A stretch of 64,000 bases of DNA from Planctomycetota bacterium (lineage in GTDB: Bacteria > Planctomycetota > UBA8108 > SXIK01), in contig OZ244999.1 in assembly GCA_965223265.1 (NCBI GenBank), positions 832,001 to 896,000 of the forward strand. Direction: 5' to 3'. Below the pieces are notes generated by a model. That model made no database searches. It was given only the letters and a program-made list of their open reading frames with translations, and was not told the DNA's origin. Of the stretch, positions 53,033-63,329 are shown piece by piece. Numbering within the stretch: the first letter of the stretch is position 1; the number at the start of each line of letters is the position of its first letter. The position numbers and the translations under genes are program-made.

Positions 53033-54007
53033 CTAGCGTTTCTCGGCTTGAGGTTCCGGCTGCTCTGATTCCAGCTCGGCGAGCAGTTCTTTGAAGTACG
53101 CGATGGTCGCCGACAAACCGTCATGCAGCGACACAGCGGGGTTCCAGCCTAGCTGGCGCTGGGCCAACGTGATGTCGGGCTGGCGCTGCCTCGGATCGTC
53201 GCTCGGAAGTGGTTTGTCGATCAGACGGGCTGGGGACTGCGTCAGCTCGATGACCTTACGTGCGAGCTGCGCGATCGTGATTTCTTCTGGGTTGCCGAGG
53301 TTCACGGGGCCGATGAATTCGTCTTGATTCATCATCCTGACCATGCCCTCGATCAGGTCGTCCACGTAACAAAACGATCGCGTCTGGCCGCCGCCACCGT
53401 AGACCGTCAGGTCCTCTGCACGCAACGATTGAACGATGAAGTTCGACACGACACGCCCATCCTCCGGATGCATGTTTGGACCATATGTGTTGAAAATCCG
53501 AATCAGTCGGATGTCTACACCGTTACTGCGGTGATAGTCCATGCAGAGAGCTTCGGCGACGCGTTTTCCCTCGTCGTAGCAGCTGCGTTCACCGATTGGG
53601 TTGACGTTGCCGCGGTACGTCTCTGGCTGCGGATGAACTTCTGGGTCGCCGTAAATCTCCGACGTCGACGCCTGCAAGATTCGTGCTCCCGTGCGACGAG
53701 CCAGTCCCAACATGTTCACCATGCCGACGGTAGAGCACTTGATTGTCTTGATGGGGTTGAACTGGTAGTGAATCGGTGAAGCAGGGCACGCTAAGTTGTA
53801 GATTTGTTCCACTTCGACGTGGAGGGGCTGGACGATGTCGTGACGTACGAGCTCGAAATGTCGGTGCCCTATAAAAGGCTCAATATTTCGCCGCTGACCG
53901 GTGAAGAAATTGTCAACGCAAATGACATGGTTGCCACTGCGCAGGAGGCGCTCGCAGAGATGGCTCCCTAAGAAGCCTGCACCACCAGTGACGAGTATAG
54001 TTTTCAT
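53033..54007 (-). CDS. UDP-glucuronate decarboxylase (UDP-xylose synthase)-like SDR
   Basis: [52 protein letters not shown]. Confidence 0.95.
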   Translation of the reverse strand: MKTILVTGGAGFLGSHLCERLLRSGNHVICVDNFFTGQRRNIEPFIGHRHFELVRHDIVQPLHVEVEQIYNLACPASPIHYQFNPIKTIKCSTVGMVNMLGLARRTGARILQASTSEIYGDPEVHPQPETYRGNVNPIGERSCYDEGKRVAEALCMDYHRSNGVDIRLIRIFNTYGPNMHPEDGRVVSNFIVQSLRAEDLTVYGGGGQTRSFCYVDDLIEGMVRMMNQDEFIGPVNLGNPEEITIAQLARKVIELTQSPARLIDKPLPSDDPRQRQPDITLAQRQLGWNPAVSLHDGLSATIAYFKELLAELESEQPEPQAEKR

Positions 54008-54016
54008 GGAAGCGAT

Positions 54017-55852
54017 CTATGGCTGTTGAGTTGACGGTTTCGTCTCGGAATTGTCGGCTGGCACTGTCTTCGACGAGGCAGCCGGGTGAGCCGGTACGGC
54101 GGCCGCAGGCCCACCGTCGCCGGTCGCGCGTCGATCCTGGCTCGAGATGACAGGCAGCAGAATCCGCGACGGGTAACGGGTGCTGTGGTAAACGGTGTTC
54201 TGCGCGATTCTCGTCTCTCGGTCGGCCCGGAGCGGTTTTCCAGTGTTTGGGTTGGGATCGAATCTGGGGTCATTGCTACTCGTGACATGAACGGCGAGAC
54301 GATGGCCTTTCTGGAGAACGATGGAGGTCGACCAAAGATCGATCCGAACGTGGGTGGCCTCGCCGGGGGTGAGAAACGATTCACGGTCAATACCGTTTCG
54401 GTAGCGGCAGCGAAGAATGCCATCGAGAATGAGGGCTTCATATCCATCAGGATACACGTCGACGAGCTTCGCTGCGAAATCTGTGTCGATCGCATCGGAG
54501 GCCACGAACAGATCGACGTAGACCCGTCCGCTGATCTCGAGCGGAGATTCAAGAGGCGGCGAGGCGAAGCGTAGATAGTCCTGACGCTGGCCGACCAGTC
54601 GCTGGTCGACCGGTCCTTTACCTCCCAGAATCAGGTTTGCCCCACCCGTTGTCGGGACCGGGTTTTTGGGGTCGTATGAGTAGGACGTCGAGCCTCCTGC
54701 GACCGGCGCCCGCTCGGGCGAAAGGCCCCTTTGCGGTTGGAGAAAATACGATGTCGGTCGCGACGACGGCGGCCAGGTCATCGCCGTGCGCCAAACGCAG
54801 CTACCAGGAGCCGGATTGCGCGGGTCCCCCAGCACGTAGTAGCGAACTGGGGGCTCCGCCTCGATGCCGTTGCGCTCGTTCTTCAGCCAGCGAGCGAACC
54901 AGCGGAAACAATCTTGCCCGAGCAGCGCTTCGCTCACGTGTGCATCCGGAAACTCGAGATCGCCGTCCATGCGCCCGTGCGCATAGGGTCCCATGAGGAG
55001 TTTCTGGTTTCCCGCTGCAAGCCCGGAACCCTTCGACTGCAGGCCGACAAAATTGTCGATCGCGCCTTGTGAGAAGATGTCGAACCAGCCGCCCACCTCG
55101 TAGATCGGAATCGTGATCTTGGAATGAAACGCGGGAATCTCGCGCCAGTCCCAATAGCGGGAGCCTGCGGGGTTGCGAACGTTTGCCGTGATCGCGGCGG
55201 CCGCTCCCTGGCTCATGAGCCAGCCGTCGTTCATCTCTTTGCGGTAGGCACCCCCCATAAACACTGTTTGGTTCCGCGCACTCGCCGACGCAACGATGAC
55301 ATACGCGCAGCGCAGGTGCGGGGGGGATTGGGTCGCAGCCAGATGTGCGGTGATGCCGAGCGCTGACCCACCGTACATACCGATCATGCCATCTGACCAC
55401 TCTTCCTTCGCCACCCATTCAATGGTGTCGTAGCCGTCGATGTGGTCTGTGCGGAACGGTTCGTATTCTCCTTCGGACTCGAACTTGCCTCGGCAGTCCT
55501 GTGCGACGAACGCGAACCCATGCTCGTTGAACTTCGTGGCGATGGACTTTAAGCCATTTTTGTTGTACGGCGTGCGCGCCAGAACGCTCGGCCACGGCCC
55601 GTCGCCCGGCGGGAGGTGAATCGTCGTTGCCAGCAACGTGCCGTCGCGCATGGGGGTTTTCGCCTCAAGGCGGTGCTGCTCTGCCTCGGGCGCAGCGCTG
55701 GCAGACGAAGCCAGAGTGACCGCGAATGTGAGGATCAGGCGAGCGAGAGCCCGTCGCGCTGCAGCGCGGCTCGTTTCCCCTTGTGTGCTCATGCGTGGAA
55801 TCAGTTGTCCTTCCCGCGGAGGCTCGCAGTTGGCGCGGCGGCGGCAGTGCAC
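54017..55852 (-). CDS. CocE/NonD family hydrolase
   Basis: MRDGTLL, RTPY, QDCRG, DGYDTIEW, GGSALG, GGWFD. Start uncertain. Confidence 0.93.
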   Translation of the reverse strand: MHCRRRANCEPPREGQLIPRMSTQGETSRAAARRALARLILTFAVTLASSASAAPEAEQHRLEAKTPMRDGTLLATTIHLPPGDGPWPSVLARTPYNKNGLKSIATKFNEHGFAFVAQDCRGKFESEGEYEPFRTDHIDGYDTIEWVAKEEWSDGMIGMYGGSALGITAHLAATQSPPHLRCAYVIVASASARNQTVFMGGAYRKEMNDGWLMSQGAAAAITANVRNPAGSRYWDWREIPAFHSKITIPIYEVGGWFDIFSQGAIDNFVGLQSKGSGLAAGNQKLLMGPYAHGRMDGDLEFPDAHVSEALLGQDCFRWFARWLKNERNGIEAEPPVRYYVLGDPRNPAPGSCVWRTAMTWPPSSRPTSYFLQPQRGLSPERAPVAGGSTSYSYDPKNPVPTTGGANLILGGKGPVDQRLVGQRQDYLRFASPPLESPLEISGRVYVDLFVASDAIDTDFAAKLVDVYPDGYEALILDGILRCRYRNGIDRESFLTPGEATHVRIDLWSTSIVLQKGHRLAVHVTSSNDPRFDPNPNTGKPLRADRETRIAQNTVYHSTRYPSRILLPVISSQDRRATGDGGPAAAVPAHPAASSKTVPADNSETKPSTQQP

Positions 55853-56099
55853 GTCTCACGCTCGGAGTGCGTCTGCGCCTCTTGCTGTCGAAACGACACC
55901 CTCCATCCATTCGACGCGAGCTGCTGTGTCGAAATCGAGCGTGTCATTAGAATCGGGCTTTCCTAACAGTGCAACGCAGAATCGAATCGCCTACAGTTTT
56001 GTTCAGAGCAGCGTCCGACAAGTCGCGTTCGATGCGATCAAATCACTTCCACACACGGCACCAACGCGGCATGCTATGCGTTTCGCGGAGCCCGTAACG

Positions 56100-57065
56100 A
56101 TGACCGAATCGAGCCCGACGAGGGAGCTGATACTTGCCGTCGACCTTGGCGGCACGAAGACCGCTGTCAGTTTGTGGCGCGGTTGCCGCGGCACTCGTCC
56201 TCGGCGCGTCAGCAAAGAGCGCTGGCCAACGCTGAAGACGGGACCTGAACCGAACCTGGAGCTGATCGTTGTCGCGGCGCGGCGACTGGTCGCGGCTGAG
56301 GGGCTCCGGTTCGACGACGTTGACGCGGTCGGCGTGAGTGCCGGTGGCCCGGTCGATGTCGACGCCGAGACGATCGTTTCGATTCCAAACCTCGCCGGTT
56401 GGCAGGGTGTTTCGCTGGCTCGGCAGCTTGAGTCTGCTCTCGGAGTTCCCGTCTCCATGCAGAACGACGCGAAGGCGTGCGCGCTCGCCGAATGGCGGTT
56501 CGGCGCTGGTCGCGGTGCGAGCGACCTTGTCTTCCTCACCTGTTCGACCGGTATAGGTGCCGGCGTCATTTCGGGTGGTTGCCTTCTCCACGGCGCTGCG
56601 AATCTGGCGGGCGAGGTTGGACACCTTGAGATCGTGGCGGACGGGCTGCCATGCGGTTGCGGCCGACGCGGCTGCCTTGAGGCCTACGCTTCGGGCGCCG
56701 GCATGGCCCAGCGGCTCCGAGCCGAGCCGCTCGCTGTCCCGAAGCCGCCCTTTTCAGCCCGCGACGTCGTCGCGCTCGCCAAAACCGGTTGCCGCGAGGC
56801 CGAAGAATTCCTGCACACTACCGCCGACTACTTGGCAGTCGGCCTAGCGCACGTTGTGTACTGTTTCAACCCGCAGCGCATCATTCTGGGCACGATCGTC
56901 GTCGGCGCCGGCGAGCTTCTGTTGGCGCGGCTGCGCTCGGAGGTGACGAGGCGTGTCTGGCCGGAGCTGGCGTCGGGGCTGGAAATCCTCCCGGCCGCGC
57001 TCGGGGACGATCTTGGCGACCTCGCCGCGGTCGCCGTGGTTGGCATGAAACCTGAGCTTGGCTGA
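56100..57065 (+). CDS. ROK family sugar kinase (glucokinase-like)
   Basis: DLGGTK, NDAKACALAE, TGIGAG, GEVGH, CGCGRRGCLEAYASG. Confidence 0.93.
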   Translation: MTESSPTRELILAVDLGGTKTAVSLWRGCRGTRPRRVSKERWPTLKTGPEPNLELIVVAARRLVAAEGLRFDDVDAVGVSAGGPVDVDAETIVSIPNLAGWQGVSLARQLESALGVPVSMQNDAKACALAEWRFGAGRGASDLVFLTCSTGIGAGVISGGCLLHGAANLAGEVGHLEIVADGLPCGCGRRGCLEAYASGAGMAQRLRAEPLAVPKPPFSARDVVALAKTGCREAEEFLHTTADYLAVGLAHVVYCFNPQRIILGTIVVGAGELLLARLRSEVTRRVWPELASGLEILPAALGDDLGDLAAVAVVGMKPELG

Positions 57066-57362
57066 CTCGCGCCAGCTGATCCGTATCGCTTCGTGGCCTC
57101 GTCGCCGGTGTCCAATCCGCCTGAAAGAGGCATGAGGGCACTACGCAGGGCCGGCGGATGATCTCTGCGAAGCCCGGCTCTGAAGGCGATCCGAAACGCT
57201 GCGCAGAGTGACCCGAGAGCGTCCTGATCCTTCGATTACGGGTCCACTTCATGGACGTTCTTTTGGGAGCGGGATTTGGGGCACCGGCGCTTAAGCTCTT
57301 TCTTCGCTGAGGTTTGCAGTCTTTTTGTGGGCGTCTGGCGCGATCCTTGAAGAAGGTAAGGC

Positions 57363-57815
57363 ATGAATGCCCACACTCAAACGCTCACCGACCGACGCTT
57401 CCTTCCCGACCGCCGCGAGGCGCCGACGTCTGTCTTTGACCTTCTCCGTGGCTATCGTCGTCGCGGCGTGTGCCGTCGCCAGGAAGACGCCGGTAGAGGC
57501 TACCTGGATCGCTTGCGGCCCGAAGTCGTGGCGATCTCGCTTGCGATCGTAGTGCTTTCAGCCCTCGACGCGCTGTTCACGCTCCTGCACCTCCAGGGAG
57601 GCGGGGTCTTTGAGGCGAATCCCGTGATGCGCCTGGCGATCGGTGAAGGCGTTTCGTTCTTTCTCCTCGTCAAGGGCCTGTTGACGATCGGTGGTGTGTT
57701 CTTCCTCGCCCTGCACCAGAACTATCGCGGTAGCATCGTGGCGCTTATGTTCTGCGGCGTCGGATACTTCGCTCTGACGGCGTACCACGTCGGGCTGTTT
57801 GTCGGAATCGTTTGA
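57363..57815 (+). CDS. DUF5658 family membrane protein
   Basis: DRR..DRR N-terminus, LSALDALFTL, EANPVM, TM helices. Confidence 0.78.
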   Translation: MNAHTQTLTDRRFLPDRREAPTSVFDLLRGYRRRGVCRRQEDAGRGYLDRLRPEVVAISLAIVVLSALDALFTLLHLQGGGVFEANPVMRLAIGEGVSFFLLVKGLLTIGGVFFLALHQNYRGSIVALMFCGVGYFALTAYHVGLFVGIV

Positions 57816-58050
57816 CCGAGCTCCCCATACGGTCAAGCGACACTTCGATCGCATCAGGTGTGATTCGCTGGCAGATTGACCCTTGCCAGCGCTGCCAGCC
57901 CTGCTAAGATCGTCCGCCGGTGGAGTCTGACGGTCGATTGGAGTGGGAGCTCTCGCGTTGCCGTCGACGGAAGCCAAGTCTCGGCTCTCCGTCGGAGCTT
58001 CGCCATACGTTCACGTCAGTGACGTGGAGAATAGCGGGTCGCGTGCCGTC

Positions 58051-59325
58051 GTGAGATTGATCGGGAACAAGAGCAAGCTCGTTGGTGAGATCGAAAAGCT
58101 GCTCACCGACAGAGGCATCACCGGCGGCACGTTCATCGATATCTTCACTGGCACTGCGAGCGTTGCGCGCCATTTCAAGACGAAGGGCTTTCGGGTCATC
58201 GCCAACGACCTCTTGGCGATGTGCTACGCCCAGGCCGTCGCGACAGTCGAGGTGAGTGGATTTCCTCGCCTGAACCGATGGGCGGACGCCCATCGCGCCG
58301 AGCTCGAGAGTGACGACTTCAGGAAGAGTTTTGAGGCGTTGACGCATCCGGACGCGTCCTCTGTGGCGACAAGGGTTCGGCGGTCGGCGGCGGCACGACG
58401 GGTGAGCAAATCGAGGCAGGCTTCGCTACCGCTGCGGCGCTGCATTCACTTTCTCAACGAACGACTGGCGCCGAGAGAGGGAATGGTCTACCGCAGTTTC
58501 TCAGTCGGAGGCGGCTCCGATCGGCAATACTTTTCCGCTGAAAACGGTCGTCGCATCGACGCGATTCTTCATCACTTGCGTAGCGAATACCTCAGCGGCG
58601 TCCTCGAACGGCGTGAGCTGTACGTCCTGGTTGCTGCTCTGCTCGACGCGGCCGACAGGGTGGCAAACATCTCGGGTACGTACGGCGCCTTCCTGAAGCG
58701 GCTGCAACCGAACGCTGCGAAACGTCTCGAGCTTCAGGTGCCAGAGATCCTACACAGTCGTCTCAGCCACCGAGCGTTTTGTCGCGACGCCAACGATTTG
58801 ATTCGTGAGATTGAAGGTGACACGCTTTATGTCGACCCGCCCTACAACCGGCGCCAGTACGCTGCCAACTATCACGTCCTACAGATCATCGCGGAGTATC
58901 ACACGATTGAGGATCTGCCCCTTTTTGAAGCGAGCCTTTACGGCAAGACGGGCTTGCGGCCGTACGATGCCTTGAGGTCGCTCTTCTGCGTGCCCGCAAG
59001 CGAAAGAAACCGGGAAACAAACGTCTTCTCCGCGTTTTCTCGGCTTATCCTCGAGTCGAATGTTTCTCACGTTGTGGTAAGCTACAACGAGGAAGGTCTT
59101 CTAAGCCGAGAACAGATCGGCTCGATATTGGCGGAGTTCTCCGGCCGGTCGAGGTTCGACTACAGCACGGGTTTTCGTGAGGTCCGATACAAACGTTTCC
59201 GCAGCGATTCGGACCGAACCGAGACGAAGGGAACCGGAGCCAAACGTCAGTACAAAGTGCTGGAAGGGAAGGCGAAGGATCAAGTTGGCGAGTGGCTCTT
59301 CTTTGCTTCACGGTTGTGCGACTGA
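58051..59325 (+). CDS. Orphan DNA N6-adenine methyltransferase (D12 class, M.NlaIII/FokI-like)
   Basis: RLIGNKSKL, DIFTGTASVA, ANDL, VANISGTYGAFLK, YVDPPYNRRQYAANYH, GKTGLR, SYNEEG. Confidence 0.92.
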   Translation: MRLIGNKSKLVGEIEKLLTDRGITGGTFIDIFTGTASVARHFKTKGFRVIANDLLAMCYAQAVATVEVSGFPRLNRWADAHRAELESDDFRKSFEALTHPDASSVATRVRRSAAARRVSKSRQASLPLRRCIHFLNERLAPREGMVYRSFSVGGGSDRQYFSAENGRRIDAILHHLRSEYLSGVLERRELYVLVAALLDAADRVANISGTYGAFLKRLQPNAAKRLELQVPEILHSRLSHRAFCRDANDLIREIEGDTLYVDPPYNRRQYAANYHVLQIIAEYHTIEDLPLFEASLYGKTGLRPYDALRSLFCVPASERNRETNVFSAFSRLILESNVSHVVVSYNEEGLLSREQIGSILAEFSGRSRFDYSTGFREVRYKRFRSDSDRTETKGTGAKRQYKVLEGKAKDQVGEWLFFASRLCD

Positions 59326-59346
59326 GCCTCTACGCTTGCCGATTAA

Positions 59347-59505
59347 CAGCCTGTTGAAAGAGTGCTTCGAGCCGAAAACTGGTCTCTTCGCGTCCAGATC
59401 GGCCGCGGCAAACGCAGGTAATCTCCGAGATTTTCGAGTATTGACGCGGTCGAGCTGGGCGTGAAGAGGCCAGTTTCTCGGCCGAATGACTATTTCAACG
59501 GGCTG
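59347..59505 (-). mobile_element. MITE family A, full copy
   Basis: TIRs CAGCCTGTTGAAA / TTTCAACGGGCTG, flanked by TTAA and TCAA. Confidence 0.88.
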
Positions 59506-59593
59506 TCAAGGCACAAGTCGGAGGCGGAAAGCGTGCTCACGACGGTGGCCGATGTCAGAGGGCGGCGGCATTGCGAGTGACGCGGTGAGCTGA

Positions 59594-60415
59594 ATGATGA
59601 AGCGCAAATGCAAGATCCTTTGCCTGTGGAATCAACGCTCCTCGGAGTGTGATGCGGAGGCTTCTGTCCTGGTGCGGCGGCTTCAAGATAGCGGAATGGA
59701 CGTCGGGACCGATGCGGAAGCGTTCGATGGCACGGCCGATTTGATTGTGCTGCTCGGCGGCGACGGGTTTCTGATGGAGTCGCTTCATGATCTCGACTAT
59801 CCCAAGATACCGGTGTTCGGCGTCAACTTTGGGTCTGTGGGGTTTTTGATGAATCGAAAGAGCAGCCTGCGGATGCTGCTTGAGTCTATAGAATCCGACC
59901 GTTTCGTCGCCGAGAAACACGCCGTGTTGGAGGCGCGGATTGAGACGATGGACGGCGAGTCGCGAAGCGTTCGGGCGTTCAACGATTTTTTTCTTGAGCG
60001 AGCCACGCGTCAGAGTGTCCGCGTTCGAGTGTCGCTCGACGGCGTCGCGTTGAATCAATACGCGGGCGATGGATTCGTGATCTCGACGGCGGCAGGTTCG
60101 ACGGCGTACAACCTCGCGGCGCGTGGGCCGGTACTTCATCCCGATGTGCAGGGGTTAGTCATGACGCCGCTGTACCCGCATCGCGCGTTTCCGTTTCATT
60201 CGATGCAGTTTCCGTTGGTCGTGCCGCTCACTACGCGGATCCGGATTGAGGTCAACGAACCCGAAAAGCGGTCGATGCGTCTGGTCGCAGATGGGCGGTC
60301 ATACGAGGAGATCACGTGGCTCGAGGTTGGCCATGCAGGGCACGACGTGAGACTCTTGCGGACGCCTGAGCATAGTTTCGCTCGCACATTGAAACAAAAG
60401 ATCATCGGCGAGTGA
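59594..60415 (+). CDS. nadK: NAD(+)/NADH kinase
   Basis: LGGDG, GVNFGSVGFL, FND, GDGFVISTAAGSTAYN. Confidence 0.93.
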   Translation: MMKRKCKILCLWNQRSSECDAEASVLVRRLQDSGMDVGTDAEAFDGTADLIVLLGGDGFLMESLHDLDYPKIPVFGVNFGSVGFLMNRKSSLRMLLESIESDRFVAEKHAVLEARIETMDGESRSVRAFNDFFLERATRQSVRVRVSLDGVALNQYAGDGFVISTAAGSTAYNLAARGPVLHPDVQGLVMTPLYPHRAFPFHSMQFPLVVPLTTRIRIEVNEPEKRSMRLVADGRSYEEITWLEVGHAGHDVRLLRTPEHSFARTLKQKIIGE

Positions 60416-60949
60416 GCTGGACAAAGGGTGCCGTTCGGGGCGCTAGGCGGTCGTGGCCTGTTTGGTGGCAGGTGACGTCGCCTGAAGTTCTGTCTTTTCC
60501 GGCTGGGCCAAACTCAGACTTTGATCGGCTGCTCCTGCTGGTAAGATGGAGATGAGAAACGTCGACAAGTCTGTTGTACGCTGAGCGGCGGTTGCTGATT
60601 GCGGGGGCGACCCTGAGGCGACCCTGACCGTGGGCGGCGTCGGCGACCGGCAGGCCCGTCTTGCCGCCGGTCGAGTTGACGGCGAGTCGTCGTAGCGGAG
60701 TTCAGCGACGGAGAGAGCGCTTGCGGCGGCTCGCGATCGCGAAGACTCAGCCGTAGAACTGCGCACGTAGTTCAGTGGAGCTCCTGGAGCTCAATGGAGC
60801 AAGTAACCCGTTGAGAACGTCAACCGGCCGGGTCGCGGAGACATTTACGTCCAGCGAGGAAGTCGCTTCAGGGCTTCACCGTGTGCCGCTCCGGCTCGTC
60901 GATTCTCGGCAACGGCAGCAAGGACGAAGTCGTTCGACGACAGCGTGCC

Positions 60950-61094
60950 GGCGCCGGCATTGGCGCTCGTGGTGCTCTCAGGAGGGCCGGACGAAACTTT
61001 TTGAAAGTGCGCAGGATTTCTCGGGGGTAACGAAAAGTATAGGAATCCCGGCGAATTCCTCCGCCGCGGCCAGCGCGAAATGGCCAAACTCGAG
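60950..61094 (-). mobile_element. MITE family B, diverged partial copy
   Basis: Ends CGCGAAATGGCCAAACTCGAG. The reverse complement shares GGGATTC, TTCAAAAA, TCCGGCCCT and GAGCGCC blocks with 10121-10270. Confidence 0.7.
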
Positions 61095-61139
61095 TCAACG
61101 CTGTGACGTGTGCTTAGCCCGACAGCGAAGGAAGCGTCC

Positions 61140-62729
61140 ATGAAGCGCCGGCATGTGATCGATGAGCTCGACCCGGCGTGGGTGAGCTCGGCGGCTGCTC
61201 ATAGTGAGACGTTTCGTCACGTGCTTCGCCAGCTGGCACGGGGCGCGTCGATGAAAACGCTGCGCATGATCTTGCGATTTCTGGCAGAAGTCGTCGACGC
61301 GGAACGCGTTTTCTTCTATCGGATGCGAGCGTGTGGTGGATTCAAGGTCGTCGCGGCGTGCAATCGAGACGGCGAGACCCTTGAGTCGCCGGCTTCGCGT
61401 CTCAGCCACTATGCGGTGCAGCTCGCGGCTTCCGAGCAAGCACCCGTAGTCATGACCGACGCAGCGAGCGATCGCCGCTATCGGTCTGAAGAGACGCTCG
61501 AAGGAAAGCGTCCGGCGCAATCGATTGTCGTCGTCCCGATGCTTGACGAGGGGGAAACCTTTGGAGGGTTCTACGCGGATCACCGATTTCGCGGCATGCA
61601 ACCGGACCTCCGGCGAGAAGATTTGCATGACTGGCTCGCGTTGTCGGAGTTGGCGCTGAGGCTGCGCGCCAAAAAGAGTTTGAGGCGCGTTTCGAAGTCG
61701 CCGTCACCGGAGTCGCCGACCTCGTCAAGGCCGCGTGTTGCTCTACCGTGCCGGCATGAGAGCGTACCGGAGCCGGTGTTGGAGGACTTTCATGGCTTTC
61801 GCTCGGCGAATCCGGATCTCAGGGATTCGTTCGAGCTGTTGGCTCGGACCTCCTCGTCGAGACTGCCAGTTCTGATTGTCGGTGAGACCGGTACGGGAAA
61901 GTCGCTTCTGGCGCGATCTGTGCACGCGTCGAGCATCCGATCGGCAGCGCCGTTCGTCACGCTTCACTGCGGCGCGTGCGCCGAGAGTCTTGTTGAGAGC
62001 GAGCTTCTCGGGCACAAGCGGGGGGCGTTCACCGGAGCCGAATCAGATCATGATGGCCTTCTCGTCGCAGCTGACAGTGGCACGCTCTTTCTCGATATGA
62101 TCGACGAAGCCGGGCCTCGAGTTCAGGCAAAGTTGCTGCGCGTTTTGGAAGAAGGGGAAGTCAGGCCTCTAGGTGCAAAGCATTCGATTCCTGTCGATGT
62201 CCGATTGGTGAGCGCCGCGTGCTCGCGTCTCGAGGCGCTCGCCAGTAGCGGTGAGTATCGCAGTGACTTGGTGTTTCGTCTCAACACCGTCGTGATTGAA
62301 ATTCCGCCGCTGCGGGAGCGCCGAGAGGATGTCTTGCCGCTTGGCGCCTTTTTCTTGGCGCGCGGCGCTGAGGCAGAGCGCTGCGAGGTTCCCAAGTTGA
62401 CGGACGAGGCTGCAGTGCGTCTCGTCGAGTATTCATGGCCCGGCAACGTTCGTGAGCTGGAGCACGAGATGCAGAGGCTTGTAGCGCTTCGTCTCGAGAA
62501 GGTACGGGCTAGTGATCTGTCGGTCGACGACGCTCAGGGCTGGAGCACACAGGCTGGGGACAAGCGGCGTGAGTTGAGTCTCGAAGAGACCGTGAATCGT
62601 GCGGAGAAACGTGCCGTCGCCGACGCTCTGGTTCGTTTTAAAGGCAACCGCTCGCGTGCGGCGCGCTATCTCGCCATCACCCGTAAGGCACTCTATCGCC
62701 GGTTGAAGAAGTATGACTTGGGAGAATGA
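61140..62729 (+). CDS. Sigma-54-dependent activator (GAF + AAA+ + Fis HTH) with atypical Walker B
   Basis: GETGTGKS, ESELLGHKRGAFTGA, LFLDMIDE, WPGNVREL, GNRSRAARYLAI. Confidence 0.92.
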   Translation: MKRRHVIDELDPAWVSSAAAHSETFRHVLRQLARGASMKTLRMILRFLAEVVDAERVFFYRMRACGGFKVVAACNRDGETLESPASRLSHYAVQLAASEQAPVVMTDAASDRRYRSEETLEGKRPAQSIVVVPMLDEGETFGGFYADHRFRGMQPDLRREDLHDWLALSELALRLRAKKSLRRVSKSPSPESPTSSRPRVALPCRHESVPEPVLEDFHGFRSANPDLRDSFELLARTSSSRLPVLIVGETGTGKSLLARSVHASSIRSAAPFVTLHCGACAESLVESELLGHKRGAFTGAESDHDGLLVAADSGTLFLDMIDEAGPRVQAKLLRVLEEGEVRPLGAKHSIPVDVRLVSAACSRLEALASSGEYRSDLVFRLNTVVIEIPPLRERREDVLPLGAFFLARGAEAERCEVPKLTDEAAVRLVEYSWPGNVRELEHEMQRLVALRLEKVRASDLSVDDAQGWSTQAGDKRRELSLEETVNRAEKRAVADALVRFKGNRSRAARYLAITRKALYRRLKKYDLGE

Positions 62730-62753
62730 CTGGCCGCGGGTGACGGCTCGAGC

Positions 62754-63143
62754 ATGACGTTGAGAGGAAAGGACGTTCACGTGACGAGTGACTTCGAAGG
62801 CCGATTGGGCTACGAAATGGGCCCAAGCATCGAAGGGGACGCGATGCAGCTCGTGGCTCGATCGCTAGGGTGGACTTACGTCGAACCCGACGCCGTCGTC
62901 GTCTCTTGTGGGACGCTGCGGCGCGTGGCGCTCGGCTTCGCTGTCGTCAAGCGGTGTTTGCCGCTGGCATTCACTAGTGAGCGCGCAGTGATCCTCTCAG
63001 ACGACCTCATGTCCGCTCTAGAGGTGGCGTCGAACCCACAGCTCCTTGGGCCGCCATATCACCGGCAGGTAGACGTGGTGCTGACGACGCCGGCGGTTGT
63101 CGACGCCATGATCGAGAAGCGTCGGACGCTCGTGCGGGAATGA
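62754..63143 (+). CDS. Small protein resembling the GspE/PilB N-terminal (T2SSE_N) domain
   Basis: VARSLGWTYVE...LRRV...RCLPL...VDVVLTTPAVVDAMI pattern. Confidence 0.5.
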   Translation: MTLRGKDVHVTSDFEGRLGYEMGPSIEGDAMQLVARSLGWTYVEPDAVVVSCGTLRRVALGFAVVKRCLPLAFTSERAVILSDDLMSALEVASNPQLLGPPYHRQVDVVLTTPAVVDAMIEKRRTLVRE

Positions 63144-63182
63144 TCCGCGCAAGCGTTTGGCGGGCAAAGTCGTAGTGGCAGA

Positions 63183-63329
63183 TCAGTCTTCGGTCGAGTG
63201 CAGCTCGTTCGGCACGACCGCAGTCTTGACGACGGAAACGATCGAGTGGGTCGCTGGGCAGTAGACGATTTCCGTCTTATCGAGAGCCAGGATGAACACG
63301 CTGGATTCTGCGTCGGAGTTGTACGCCAT
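63183..63329 (-). CDS. Small hypothetical protein (48 aa)
   Basis: ATG preceded by the RBS-like GAGGTG; MAYNSDAESSVFILALDKTEIVYCPATHSIVSVV... Confidence 0.4.
   Translation of the reverse strand: MAYNSDAESSVFILALDKTEIVYCPATHSIVSVVKTAVVPNELHSTED

Noticed and set aside
60443-60766. 107-aa minus-strand ORF
   Set aside because: Low-complexity S/A/T/P composition, weak start and no recognisable motif; cannot be supported as a gene.
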